64,000 nt of DNA from Hemiscyllium ocellatum (GCF_020745735.1 NC_083435.1:35260121-35324120), one strand, 5' to 3'; positions 12,099 through 25,623 are shown, counted from the first letter of the stretch. The notes: generated by a model not told the origin, from the sequence alone. Made by a program: numbers and translations.

Positions 12099-12995
12099 AG
12101 ACACAGCAAAGCTCTGCATTATGTTCAAGACCTGGGCCCTGTTGTTTCTGTGAATATAAATAGAAGAAAGTTGAAAATAAAGACCACAGACAGTCAAGGA
12201 TAAACATGAGGAGAGTCCAGAGAGAATACATCTGGACATGACTTCAAATAGGACAGTGGTGTCATTGAAAATTTACGCCGGCCAAAAAATAGATTTGACC
12301 TTATATGGCAAAGTGATCGAAAACAAAGTGATATAAAAAAGGAAACTGTAAATGCTGCATGTTTGTAGCTAGCGTGGTGCAGTTAGGTCAGTTGGTCAGA
12401 AACCGTATCAGGATATCTTTTTATGGACTGACCACTTGAGGTAGATTCTGGGTCATGGGAATTCTAAGTAATTAGTGTCATTGTGAATATATATTATTGG
12501 TTAGTGTCGTGTCAGAGTACTATATTCAGTGGAACTGCATCCAAGTTGTTATGTACTATCAATATCTGGGCCAGAACCTTTGGACTCAAAAGGTTTTACA
12601 CATGCTAACTTCTAAAAACAATGGTTATTCATTTATAGTCTGAGAATTGATCACTCTCATGCAATATAACCTTGGCGCTGAATCACAAATGTTTTCACTA
12701 AGTCTAAGTTACATTGAATTTTTTGCAGGCATTTCTATGGCGAGGTCAAATGTGTTTTCTAGTTATATCTCAGCAAACTCCTGTCAACAGCGACCTATCC
12801 TGCCCCTACAGTGTCCCTCAGATCTAACTCCAGTCTCTTCCTAGCCCATGCTATTCCCAAGCCACCTCACCACATGCCCCAGAACTCAACAGCATCCATG
12901 GTGATGATGTGACCATTAAAAGCCCATTGTGCATCAAGACAAGCACTGTCAGTCCAGAATTGCCCTGTACATTTACCCCAGATATGACAAACAGG

Positions 12996-13204
12996 GGGAA
13001 ATTGGTGCCCCTCTGTACAGACAGGGACATGAAGGTCCTGCTGGAAGGTGGGGTGCACACAGGACACTCTCCTTCCCAGGACCAGCTGTGGAGCCCAGAA
13101 CACCAGGCCAGCGCTAGACTGGTCTGATAATGCCACTCAATTTAAAACAATCTCAGCCAGGCTGGAGGAATGCACAGTGGTATAGAAAGAAGGTCAATGA
13201 CCTT
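12996..13204 (+). pseudogene. Decayed Myb/SANT-like ORF of PIF/Harbinger type
   Basis: GKLVPLCTDRDMKVLLEG...W...ISARLEE...RKKVNDL across frameshifts. Confidence 0.6.
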
Positions 13205-14874
13205 ATCCATTCTGCCAGTGTAAATGCTACCATCTTCTCTCTGACATTTCATACTCACTCAATCTCTGCTACTAAACACACCTCCCACCAAAAGTGACGC
13301 CCGATTAGTCTCACTTCTGCCTGCAACAACTCTCATGGGCTGTCATCCACTCCAACCCTCTGAATCCTGCAGGCGCTCTGTACGGTCTTCTCACTCACTC
13401 AGGACAGTCCCACCTAAAACCGAAAGTAACAGACATGTCACCTCCTTTCACCTCCCTTAATACGTGCCTCTCTCTCAGGAGGAAAACATCCGCCAATATG
13501 GCTGGTGGAGCGAATACTGACTCTGCATCGACACTGACCATTTCTCAGCCCCTGGACTGGTACTAGAGGTAACCCTTGACTTAGTGCTGACAGGAGATCA
13601 CTGACACAAAGGCTATTCCCTTGCTTTGACTGAGGCCTCCTGACAATCATGATAAGCTTCCCTTCTTTGTGTCTCAATATGAAGGGCAGGACCTAAGGGA
13701 GTTTCTTATTTGGGAGAGGAGCAAAGCAGAAAAAGGCAAAGTGAGACAATACAAAGCTGGGATGCTGGGAGTCCACAAGGAAGCTCAGACTGAGTGTCTG
13801 CTATGATGCTATGACACTGAGTGAAGAGCCTGGAGATACAGCCTGGTCCATGAGCTGGATGTGTCGTTGAATACACAGTGTCCTTGCTGCAGCATATCAG
13901 ATGCCAATGTCTGCGAGTGTGAGGTGAACATGGCCCATGTCCAACAAGAGGGTCTTTCAGATCAACCTGCATTCACCAAATACCTGCTTTAGTTCCCGTG
14001 TCAAAAGCACTGAATGTCTAGCTGGTTTGGGGAGATTGATAAGATCGGTGAAATGGACTGTTAACAAAATGACCAATAAGCAATTAGTTGTTCTTAGTTT
14101 GCCACTTGCCACTGCCCAGAGAGAACCTAACTTCACTGCTTGGGAAAAGCACAAAAGATGCAGTGAGGTCATTCCAACAGCAGGGTGTTGGAACTGACCA
14201 GACCTTTCACTCGATTCTGCCACAAATCTCACCGTAGCCCACTGTGCTCAGTAACCTCCCCTCCCCCCCCCCTCCCCCCACCCAGCTCTGAGATTCAACC
14301 CTCCACCTTTATATCCATAAATAAATAAATAACCCCGATATTTACAATTCCCTTTGTAGGAATTCAATTTTGGTGTAAGCTGGGTGGAGTCGGATCTGTT
14401 ACAGACACCAACTGATCTCAATTGGTCTGAACACTGAATTGTGCGCTAATACCAAATGGCCAATTCATGCCAGCACCACAGACTGGTTTCTTTTGTAATC
14501 AAGAGGATAAATGGTTTCATTTTTTATTGAATTTATAATATTGCAATAAATGACCTTACATCAATTTCCTCCCTGAAGATGGTTTGAACCTTGAGCTCCT
14601 GAGGATAAGTGATATTGGAAATTAGAATTTGGAACAGCCTAGAGTGGGGATGGCAGGCTATGATGCCAAGTAGGTAAATTTACTCCATTTACCAACTGTG
14701 ATATACCCTGCCTAATAGTCAATTGTGTTCAAGTCAATGGAACCATGATCTAAATCTTGAAATCACAGAGACCACAAGCAACAGATCATTCATTCATTCT
14801 AATTCAAGCATATCACAGCCATTTTATATTAGGGCAAATGAGTGCCATGCAGTTAACAGCAGGTCATGTCTTAC

Positions 14875-15182
14875 CTGGAGAGAGGATTTCTTTCATTTCC
14901 TTCCATATTGCATATTGCAAAGGTCCCCTGAACTTTCCCAGTATCAGGTCACTAAACTCTATCACGTCTTCACCATTTTCATCTGATTCATGATCACTTA
15001 CTTCATCACTTCTCTCATTTTCATCGTCATCAGTGCCATCATTAATTTCATCATCATCGTGGTCATCATCACTTGCATCATCATTTTTATCATCATCACT
15101 GTCACCTTCATTTTTATTGTCATCTTCACCAACATCATCATTTGTCTCTTCTTCACTTTCACTCTTTTCCCTCCCAAGGCAC
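14875..15182 (-). CDS. TRIM coding exon 5 (linker with long Asp/Glu tract)
   Basis: 308 bp, phase 2-1, acceptor ATACAG, donor GTAAGA. Ends in the conserved LGKFRGPLQYAIWKEMKEILSP motif. Confidence 0.92.
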
Positions 15183-15263
15183 CTGTATTGGATCAACAAC
15201 TTGGTTTAATTTCTCAAAATAATGCTCATTTTTATAAAATATGTCGGTATAAATCATACGCAC

Positions 15264-15286
15264 CTTTCTGGCAATCTTTTCATTTC
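15264..15286 (-). CDS. TRIM coding exon 4 (23-bp mini-exon, EMKRLPER)
   Basis: Acceptor TTTTTATACAG, donor GTGCGT. A 23-bp phase 0-2 exon is characteristic of this TRIM architecture and gives the frame needed for exon 5. Confidence 0.88.
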
Positions 15287-17954
15287 CTGTATAAAAAGTA
15301 AACAAAATTAACATGAATTGAGCTGTTTCCATCTATGACACAAGTTCTACTTTACAATGGACTTCAATCATTCTGCAGGAGCTCCGTGGTGAAATCTAGT
15401 TCAATGGTTTTGGCAATTGTAAACTTGTCTCCTTTATAACAATAAAACATACTGCTATTCATTAAGGTACTGGCCCCTTTGCCAAACAACAACAAGTGTT
15501 TATTTATACTTTATTTACGAACTGTTCAAAGACAGCTAGCATGGATTTGATGTGGTTATGTGATGTTATGTTTACCTAACTAAACCTTTAAAGGCACATA
15601 CCTACAAAATATTTGGCAACAACTCTCTGAATGTTGTTTATCTGAACTCCCTGATGGCATTCTGCAAGGTTTCTACATACTACACTATTAGCAAAACTGC
15701 TTGCACTGAAATTGAAAGCACCCACTGACATGGAACGTGGATTAACTGGGAATTAATTAGTACAGATAATGTAGCTAACTTTAAAATGTCAGGAATTAAC
15801 TTGTGGTTGTCTGTCTGGGTATAAACTGGGTCCTAGTTTTTTATTGTTTATGTGAGCAACTTAAGTGAAGGAGTCAATATCCAAGCTTGCTGCAGGCATT
15901 AACATATGTGTGGGAAATGGTATGAATGGAAGAAGAAATTACACAGGAACATTGTTAAATCACAAGTCCGTGGTATTGGAAAAATGAATCCATTTTAGTC
16001 TTAAAAAAGAAAATGTAATTTTGAATTTGAGAGAAGTTAAGAAGTGGATAACTGGAAAGATTTATGGATCAGTGCACAGAAATAACTAAAAGTTAGTTGA
16101 GGGGTAGAACCTGATTTAAAAGACAAATAGAATATTGGTCTTTCTGTCAAAGAAGTTCAATCCAAAGGAAATTCCAATTATAAAAGGCTCTAGTTAGATC
16201 CCATTTCAAGTATGATGTTCATTTATGGGTGTCACATTTCAGAATGAAGATAAATGCTGTGGAGATAAGAACAAATAAATCGTCCAATTCACGGCATCAA
16301 CTGTTCATAACTCTTATCAATGGCTTAGATGAGGGAAGTGAAGGCATGGTAACTAAACTCACAAACAAAACCAGGCTAGGTAGGAAAAGACATTGAGCAG
16401 AAGACATATGGAGACTGCTGACAGATTTAAATATGCTGAGAGTGTGAAAAACCCAGCAGATGGAGTGTGATGCAGTAAAGTGTGAAGTTAGCCACTTTGG
16501 CAGGAAGAATGAAAATAAGGAATATTTCTTAAGCAGAAAATTATTGTGGAATTTCAAGGTGCAGGGGATTAAGGTGCTGTACTGCATGAATCATAAAAAG
16601 CTAGAATGTAGGCATGGTTCGTATTCAAGATGGTTAACAGGATGTTATCCTTTATTACTATATGGATTGAACATAAAGGTAAGGATGTTATGTTTCAGCT
16701 GTACAGAGATTTGCTAAATTAACATTGGAAATACAGTGTGCAGTTTTGGTCCTCTTGGGCAAGGAAGGATTCAAATATGTTGGAAGTGACTCACAGGAGG
16801 TTGACTAGGTTAATACTTGGAATGACTGGCTTGACTTACGAGTATGGGCTGGGGAGGCTGGACTAGTTTCCACTGGAGTTTGGAGGAGTGATGTGATGAA
16901 AGTGAATTAGATCTTGAATGATCTCAACAAGGTGTAAGTGGGCAGTATGTTTCTGCATGAGGTTAAGTGCAGAACTGTCGAGCACTGTTTTAAATGTAGT
17001 GGTTGAACTTTCAGGGTAGAGGTGAAGAGAATATTTCACCTCTCAGACAGTTATGCAACTTTAGAACTGTATGCTTCAAAATGCAGCAGAGGCAGGAACA
17101 TTATACTTTGTTTTTAAACATCGTAAACACAAACCTTATTAAGTGGCAGAGCAGGTTTGAGGTGCTAAAGAGTCTACTTCCATTCTTATTTTACATGTCC
17201 ACATGATTGCATATTTTAATGGAACAGACTTTGCTATTGCATGCTAAATAAACAGAGGAAGTAGTGGAGGCAGGTACAATTACAACATTTAGAAGGCAAC
17301 TATATAGGTATAATAATAAGGGTTAAGAGAGATATGGGCTAAATGCTGGAATACGGAACTGCTTCAGGCTGGGATATCTGGTTGGCACAGGCAAGTTGGA
17401 CAGAAGGGTCTGTTTCCTTGCTCTATGACTCTTTGACTCTAATTAGTAAATTCCAGTGTGAAACAATTCATACAATTTTTTCCTTGATATTGAGTCAGGT
17501 AAACAACCCAAAGTCATAGCCAAGGTAGTGTGAACTCTAAATTGGGAGGGTCAACTTTTCATGCAGAAGTTCGTTCACGTGTGGAACCAGCTGCCAGATG
17601 CAGGTGCGGTTACCACATTTAAAATACATTTGGACAGCTAACATGAATGAGTAGGTAAGCTTTAGAAGATGGTGGACTAACGCAGCAAGTAGGACTAGTT
17701 TAATTGGAGGAACTTGGTCAGCATGGACAAGTTGGACCAAAGGGTTTGTTTCCATGTGGTATAACTTTATGACACTATTGTCACAGGACTCGATCAGTAT
17801 TATAACAAGTTGACTAAAAGTATGGATTATTAACATATCAACTCCCGGCCCATAGGTGCTGGAGCTCACTTAGGCTGAAACATGATTGTTAGTATTCATG
17901 TCCCCAGTATTCGTGCTTAATAAATCGTGATTCAGTTGGCTGTAATAGAGTTCA

Positions 17955-18263
17955 GATTAGATTACTTACAGTGTGGAAACAGGCCCTTCGGCCCAACAAG
18001 TCCACACCGACACGCCGAAGCGCAACCCACCCATACCCCTACATTTACCCCTTACCTAACACTATGGGCAATTTAGCAAGGCCAATTCACCAGACCCGCA
18101 CATCTTTGGACTGTGGGAGGAAACCGGAGCACCGGGAGGAAACCCACGCAGACACAGGGAGAACGTGCAAACTCCACACAGTCAGTCGCCTGAGGCGGGA
18201 ATTGAACCCAGGTCTCTGGAGCTGTGAGGCAGCAGTGCTAACCACTGTGCCACCGTGCTGCCC
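17955..18263 (-). mobile_element. HE1/V-type tRNA-derived SINE, full length, young
   Basis: GGGCAGCACGGTGGCACAGTGGTTAGCACTGCTGCC head, central TTTCCTCCCACAGTCCAAAGATGTG domain, CR1-like tail with TAATC repeats; near-identical to 39615-39931. Confidence 0.9.
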
Positions 18264-18428
18264 ACTTGAACATTGTCTGCAGATTTGTGCTGGAACCTTG
18301 TGAAAGTAAAGTGTCCTTCAAACCTGAAGCAGAAACCCTGTCCGTTAATATTGACATAATCACCTGAGCCCACTGATCATTGATAGTGCCTGCAGAAACA
18401 GGAATGGTTCTGGTTTGTAAACTGATAC

Positions 18429-18662
18429 CTTGAGAAAAGTGATATTGTCTTCCTGGTGAATGACGGCTTGAAGTTTCGATACATCCTCTTCAAGGGATTT
18501 TAATTCTTTGTTAATTTCTGCCAAATTTAAGTCAATTAATTTAAAAGCATCATCCCGTTGCATTTGGAGTTCTCTAATTAAGCACGCCTTTTTGTCTTCG
18601 AGATATTGTTGAATTTTGGCAAACTGTTCAGAGATGTGTTGCTCCAGAAATCGTGTGAGTTC
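18429..18662 (-). CDS. TRIM coding exon 3 (coiled coil, 234 bp)
   Basis: Acceptor CCTAG, donor GTATCA, phase 0-0. ELTRFLEQHISEQFAKIQQYLEDKK...HQEDNITFLK. Confidence 0.93.
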
Positions 18663-18896
18663 CTAGGTCAGTGAGAGAAAACATACATGTGGCTTCTTTT
18701 AGAGGCACAGATACATGAATGCCAATTGGAAATGCAAAGCTCCTGGCATCTTACTGGCCATCTGTTGAAATCCAATTCTACTGAATACAATGGAAATTCA
18801 TCTCAAGTGCAACAATCAGCAACACAATTCTTTAACGCTGAAAAAGAATTTTCATTTCCATCCAGCAGTGTTTAAACATTAGACTGAGTGACTTAC

Positions 18897-18992
18897 ATCC
18901 AGTTCTGAAATCTTCTCCTCCTCTTGAAGCTTCAATTCAATTTTCCTGTTCTTTCTCTCCTTGATGGAATCCAAGGGGGATTGCAGCTGGAC
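18897..18992 (-). CDS. TRIM coding exon 2 (coiled coil, 96 bp)
   Basis: Acceptor TTTCCAG, donor GTAAGT. VQLQSPLDSIKERKNRKIELKLQEEEKISELD; 96 bp is the typical size of this TRIM exon. Confidence 0.92.
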
Positions 18993-19127
18993 CTGGAAAT
19001 GGAAGCAGGCCTGTCAAAATGCATCCTTTTCCGATTTGTCTTTTGTTGCTATAAATAGTTGGATGTTAGAATGCATTCACACAGCTCCAAACTCAAAAGA
19101 TAAAAGAGACAGAGTATGACCAACAAG

Positions 19128-19424
19128 CACAGGTGGTTAGCACTGCTGCCTCACAGCGCCTTATTGAACCTTGGTTCAATTCCCGCCTCAGGCGGCTGAA
19201 CTGTGTGGATTTTGCACATTCTCCCCGTGTCTGTGTGGGTGTGCTCCGGTTTCCTCCCATCATCACAAAGATGTGTGGGCCAGGTGAATTGGCCATGCTA
19301 AATTGCTCATAGAGTTAGGTAAGGGGTAAAATGTAGGGGTATGGGTGGGCTGCGCTTCAGCGGGTCGGTATGGACTTGTTGGGCCGAAGGGCCTGTTTCC
19401 ACACTGTAAGTAATCTAATCTAAT
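19128..19424 (+). mobile_element. HE1/V-type SINE
   Basis: Same consensus with an (AATCT)n tail. Confidence 0.88.
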
Positions 19425-22009
19425 CAATGATATTACACACACTTTCATACCCCGAATGGAAATTGAAGTAAGGCTCAGATTTTTTGTTTTATCTATTTGT
19501 TTGCAGGACGTGGACATGGCTGGCTGGACCAGCATTTGTTGCAACCCCTACCTGCCTTGGGAAAGGTTTTAATCAACCCCTTCTGAGACCCATGCAGTCC
19601 ATGTGGTGTGAGTACTACCACAGTGCTCTTAGGGAGGAACTAAAATACCATATGGCAAAACAGTAGAAATAGGCCACTGAGTCTTCCCTGCAATTCAATG
19701 AGATCATAGCTGCTCTGATCATCTTCAACTCCACGTTCCTGCCTTTTCACCATAAAATTTTCCCCATTCTCTCACTATTTAAAAATTCATCTATCCTCAG
19801 CTCTGAATATACTTCATGACTCAGCCTCAACAGTTCTGAGGCAAACAAATCAACAGATTCACAACCCTCTGTGAAAGATTCCTCTTCATTTCAGTATTAA
19901 ATGTGTGACACCTGAGTCTAAAATTTGCCCACTGCTCTTGGACTCTCCCCCAAGGGGAAATAACATCTCCCCTTTCAAGTCCTCTAAAAATCTTGATTGT
20001 TTCAAGAAGGTAGCCTTTCATTCTTTTATATTTCAAGGCCCAATCTACTCAACTTCTCTTCATAAGACAGACCCTCCTTGCCAGGTATCAGATGAATGAA
20101 CATTATGTGGATTGCCTCCAATGCCAGGACAGTTAGATTTCCTTAGTTAAGGGACACAAAACATTTCACAATACTCCATCTATCATCTGACTAGTGTTTT
20201 GCACAGTTTCAGCAAACCTCCTAATTTTTATATTCCATTTTCTTTGAAAAAGGCTAACATCCAATTTTCCCTCATGATTACCCATCGAACATGGATGCCA
20301 GCTTCCTGGAAGTTCCAGGGTTTTAACTCAGAGATATTGGAGGAATGGGTGATAGAGTTCCAAGCCATGATGTGATGTGGTCTGGGAGGGAATACGCACA
20401 TTGTGGTCTTCCATGTACATTCCATACCCACAGGGCATTCCAAAGCACTTCATCACCAAAGAAGTTAACCTGAAATAGTCCCTGTAATAATGGAGGAAAT
20501 ACTGAAACTAATCTCCACACAGAAAACTCAAACAAACAGCAATTTAATAATCAACAAAAGAAATTGTTTTTGTGATTGAGGGATAAATATTGGTTGTGAC
20601 TTCAGGAATCCCTTGCTTTTCCTCAAAATAATGCCATATCTATCTAAGCGAGCAGATTTAACATTTCATCTAACAAATTACACATCCAATTCCTTCAATG
20701 CGTGGAGTCGGATCTTGAATCCAAGACCTTCTGACTCAAAACTGAGTGGCTCAGTTGTTAGCACTGCAGCCCCACCAGGAACCCAGGTTTGATTCCCGCC
20801 TTGGGCCACTGTCTGTGTGGAGTTGCGCATTCTCCCCATGTCTGTGTGGGAAATGGGGAGGAATGTGGGAAAATATGTCAAAAATGAAAAAGAAATCAGA
20901 TTATCAATATCATAAAAATAAGAATTCTGAAATCCCCCTTTAAGATTTAAAGTGGCAAGTTCAAAACATCACTCATGAGTGGTGATTACTGCATTTCTGT
21001 GCATTTGCATCTCATCAATAGCCCATTTTATTTCAGTTCTATGCAGCTTTCAATTCTCCTCTTTTTCTGTGATGAACTACAGAAACAAAAGTCAGAGCAA
21101 TTACTCGACGACAACAGCTCATCACTTGCTTCTCCAAGCTCTTATCCTCCTCCACGCCTAATCCAAGCAATTCGGCACCAGTAAATGACCAGGCTTGCCA
21201 CATCATCATGCCTGCTTTCAGAGCAACCAAGACATCACTTCAGGGCATCCCTTTGGGAGCTCAGGGACATCTTTGACCTACCACCCTTCCGTCAGGTTGT
21301 TGTAAACGCAGCGACAAGCACATATTTCTTCTTTATACAGTCATACATTTCATGCATCCATATATGATTTGGCTCTGAGCTTCATTTCTTAGTATGCACT
21401 CACTTTATGGAGGTTGACAGATTCTGTATTTTTTTTTGCAAACAGGGAGAGGTGGAAGTTTATCCCAGTTCGAAGCGCTGAACAACACGGCCCTTTGCAA
21501 CTTCAACTTCATTCCTCCAAAATGCTTACATGGTAAACAAATGCTTCATCCAAATGGCCATGTGCAGACGTCAAAGGGGACTAGCACTTAATGGTCTGAA
21601 AGGACACTACGATCATTCATGGTGTATTGTCACGGTCAGTCAAGGTACACTTTGCAGGGCAGAGTGACTCCAACAGTGATTTCAACACCAGCTGAGATTA
21701 CCATGAGGAAATATGTTTCATAGGTTTGCTGATAACAACCAAAATTGGTGGTAGAGTAGGCAGTGAGGAAGGTTATCTAAGATTAAAAAGGATCTTGGTC
21801 CTTTGGGCCAAGGAGTGGCGGATGGAGTCTAATTTAGATAAATACGAGGTTTGCATTTTAATAATATGAATAAGGGCAGGAGTTACAGAATTAATAGGAA
21901 GGTCCTAGTGAGTGTTGTAGAACAGCTACCCAGAGCTTCAGATAAGTAGTTCATTGAAAGTTGCATCACAGGTAGACAGAGTGGTAAAGAAGGCATTTGG
22001 CATGCTTGG

Positions 22010-22132
22010 TTAAAAACAATGACTGCAGATGCTGGAAACCAGATTCTGGATTAGTGGTGCTGGAAGAGCACAGCAGTTCAGGCAGGATGCTGCCTGAACT
22101 GCTGTGCTCTTCCAGCACCACTAATCCAGAAT
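22010..22132. mobile_element. Fold-back Penelope terminal-repeat insertion (perfect hairpin) in TRIM intron 1
   Basis: Arms 22043-22085 and 22090-22132 are exact reverse complements; flanked by ATTTGG(G)CATGCTTG on both sides. Confidence 0.85.
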
Positions 22133-23094
22133 TTGGCATGCTTGCTTTCATTCTTCAGACCACAGAGTATAGGAGTTAGGATGTCATGTTGCGGTTTTAC
22201 CTGACATTGCTAATGTCAGTTTTGGAGTATTGCTTATGTTCTGGTTGCTCTGTTATATGAAGAATATTATTAAATATTAAATGGGGATTTAATATTCAAA
22301 ATTAGAGGGCATAATTTAAAGGTGAAAGGAGAACGATTTAAAAGGCACCTGAAAAGCAACTTTCACACAGAGTGGTTCATATGTGGAACAAACTGCCAGA
22401 TGCACCTACAGTTACAACATTTAAAGCCATTCCAACAGCTACATGATGGGCCAAATGTAGACAACAGGCCATCAAGTCCACACCCATCCAATGAAGAGCA
22501 CTCCACCCAGATTTACCCACCCCATAACCCTGCATTTCCCATGGCTAATCTATCCTACACTTCCCTGACGCTGCGGGCAATTTAGCATAGTCAACCCACT
22601 CTAATCAGCACATCTTTCAATTGAAGAGGAAACATATGTAAACACAGGGAGAACGTGCAAACCGCACACAGACTGTTGCCTGGGGAAGGAATCGAACCCA
22701 CATCCCTTATACTGAGAGGCAGCAGTGCTAACCACTGAGCCAACATGCTGTCCCAAAAAAAAATTGGAAAATTCAGCCTCCATATTTGGTGTTGTATTGA
22801 TAGAGGTTGAGTACAAAACAAATCAGATGGCATTGAATTTGTGCAGCAATTGTTATACATTGTCCCAGTTTAAGGACCTGATTAAAGCAAGGAAAGAAAC
22901 ACATTGGAAAGAGGTGGGGACAATGTGCAATGTATGAGGTAGGATTTTCGAGACATGGTAAAGAACAGAAACCCAAGAGTTTCAAGCAATATTCACAGCA
23001 ACAGAGGACCTTCAGCAGAGCACACATGTAGGTAATCAACATTACAAAAGTGGTGAACTAAATTTGCTCCACTGCCAATAAATGAGGACAAACT

Positions 23095-23385
23095 GGCACG
23101 GTGGTACAGTGGTTCACACTGCTGCCTCACAGCACCAGAGACCTGGGTTCAATTCCCACCTTCAGCAACTGTCTGTGAAGAGTTTGCACATTCTCCCTGT
23201 GTCTGCATAGGTTTCCTCCCACAGTCCAAAAATGTGCAGGTTAGTTGAATTGGCTATGCTAAGTTGCTTGTAGTGTTAGGTGAAGGGGTAAATGTAGGGG
23301 AATGGGTCTGGGTGGGTTGCTCTTCAGAGGGTCGGTGTGGACTTGTTGGGTCGAAGGGCCTATTTCCACACTAAGTAATCTAATA
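23095..23385 (+). mobile_element. HE1/V-type SINE
   Basis: Same consensus. Confidence 0.85.
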
Positions 23386-23589
23386 ATCTCTCAATGAAGG
23401 GGTGTTTGAAAATGCTTTGAAATAATTGTAGTGTGGAGGTTTCAAATCAATTAAATTAATTGTTAAAAAAAAAACTCGTAACTATTTAACAGAAATGCAT
23501 ACTTCAAAACTGCTGTGCAGGCAGGGACTTTTCACCATTCAATTTGAACTAATCAAGACCTCAAAACCACTCTAACCATTCAGATACAG

Positions 23590-25440
23590 AAACAAAATGA
23601 GCTGCTGGTAGTCTGCATTTTGGAAAGAAAAATCAGACCACGACTCACACACTTAATGGCAATATCCTGGGGAAGAAAGAGACCTTGGAATGCAGGTTCA
23701 TAGCTCCTTGAAAGTGGGGTCACACATAGACAAGATAGTGAAGAAGGTGTTTGGTATGCTTGCCTTTATCAGTCAGTGCATTGAGTATAGGAGTTACGAG
23801 GTCATGTTGCGGCTGTACAGCACATTGGCTAGGCCACGTTTAGAATACTGCATCAATTCTGCTCTCCCTGCTACATGAAGGATGTTGTGAAACTTGAAAG
23901 GACTGACAAGGAAATTGCCAGTGGTGGAAGGTTTGAGCTGTAGGGTGAGGCTAAATAGTCTGGGGCTATTTTCCCTGGGTTGTTGTACACTCAGAGGTGA
24001 CCTTATCAAAGTTTCTAAAATCATGAGGGGTATGGATAGAACGAAAAGCCAAGGTCTTTTTCCCGGGGTGCAGGAGTCCAAAATGAGAGGGCATAGGTTT
24101 ATGGTGAGAGGGGAAAGATTTAAGGGACAATTTTTCACTGGGTGGTGGAATGAGCTGCCAGAGGAACTGGTGGTGTCTGGTACAATTACAACATTTAAAG
24201 GGCATCTGCATGTGTAAGTGAATAGAAAGGGTTTAGAGGGATATGGGCCAAATGCTGGCAAATTGAACTGGCTTAATGTAGGATGTCTGGTATGGATGAG
24301 TTGGATTGAAGGGCCTGCCTCTGTGCTGTGTAGGCCTGTGACTCTCATCAGTCCAGTGCAGAATTCGGTCCACCTTGCTAATACCAGAGTGTGTTCTGCA
24401 CCCTTCTCAACCTGAGTGCTTCTCCAGGTAGTATTCCTCTGCTGAGACAGGGTAGTCTGCCATGATACTTCACAGGTTCTGAGGATTCCCAGGGCAACTC
24501 CCCTCTGATTGTACACCACTGTGCTGCCATGTCTGCTGCACTCATCCTGTCTGTGGTACGGGGCATATCCAGTGATGGTATTAGTTAGCACATGGTCTGT
24601 AGGCTACAATTCGTTGGTCAGAGCAATGAGTACAGGGCATCATGTAACATTAACAAGACATTCATAAGATCACATTTGGAGTAATGCATACACTTTTGGT
24701 CACCCTGAACGTAGGAAGGATGTTATTAAACTGGAAAGGGTGCAAAAAAGATTTATAATGATGTTACTGAGACTGAACGATTTGGGCTATAAGGAGAGGC
24801 TGGATAGGCTGGTATTTTTTTTCCCGGACTATAGGAGGCTGAGGAGTGACCTTATTGAGGTTTGTAATGTCATGACGCGTATAGATAAGGTGAATGGCCA
24901 AGGTCATTTTCGTAGTGTAGGGACATCCAAAACGAGAGGGCATAGAACATTGAACATAGAAAAGTACAGCACAGAACAGGCCCTTAGGAACACGAGGTTG
25001 TGCCGAGACTTAATCCTAATGTAAAATATAGTAACTTAACCTGTGCACACCTCAACTCACTGCGATCCATGTGCATGTCCAGCAGTCGCTTAAATGTCCC
25101 CAATGACTTCGCTTCCACTACCTCAGCTGGCAACGCATTCCTTGCACTCACAACTCTCTGCATCAACCTCTGATGTCTCCTTTATACCTTCCTCCTAATA
25201 TCTTGAACGTGGGAAGGGAAAGATTAAGAAAGAGACCTGAGGGGCAATTTTTTTTTCACATGGAGGAACAAGCTGCCAGAGGAAGTGGTGGAGGCGAATC
25301 CACTTGCAAATTTTAAAAGCCCGTTTGAACAGGAACCTGGATAGGAAGGGTTTAGAGGGGTATGGAGCTAGTCCAGTTTAGGAAACCAGGACAGCATGGA
25401 CAGGTTGGGCTGAATTGTCTGTTTCCCAGATTTCTGATTC
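23590..25440 (+). mobile_element. Cluster of CR1 3' fragments, including an antisense CR1 tail at about 24940-25190
   Basis: ORFs 23690-23878, 23894-24217 and 24740-25024 carry CR1 C-terminal motifs (LRGDLI.V); GAACATAGAACA marks an inverted tail. Confidence 0.8.
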
Positions 25441-25623
25441 TATCAAGTGCCCTGAACTTCCAAAGTATGGAAATTGCAGCAACTTCCCAAACCATGAGCA
25501 GGCCCCATTTAAAAAAAATGTTGCTGCTGGGAAGGCAGTCTTCCGAGTAAAGAGAAAATATAATTAGTAACTACTTCACTGTTTAAAAGCCAACAGCAGC
25601 ATAGAAAGCTAGTTTTCTTTCAC

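Noticed and set aside
14990-15301. Ile/Phe-rich plus-strand ORF resembling a membrane protein
   Set aside because: It is the antisense reading of the (GAT)n acidic tract of TRIM exon 5.
17955-18263. SINE heads as tRNA genes
   Set aside because: A- and B-box-like heads run directly into SINE body and LINE-derived tail; no complete cloverleaf.
21150-21360. CGKPGH / CLGCSESRH zinc-knuckle-like text on the minus strand
   Set aside because: The motif is split between frames with stops; too little to call a gag relic.
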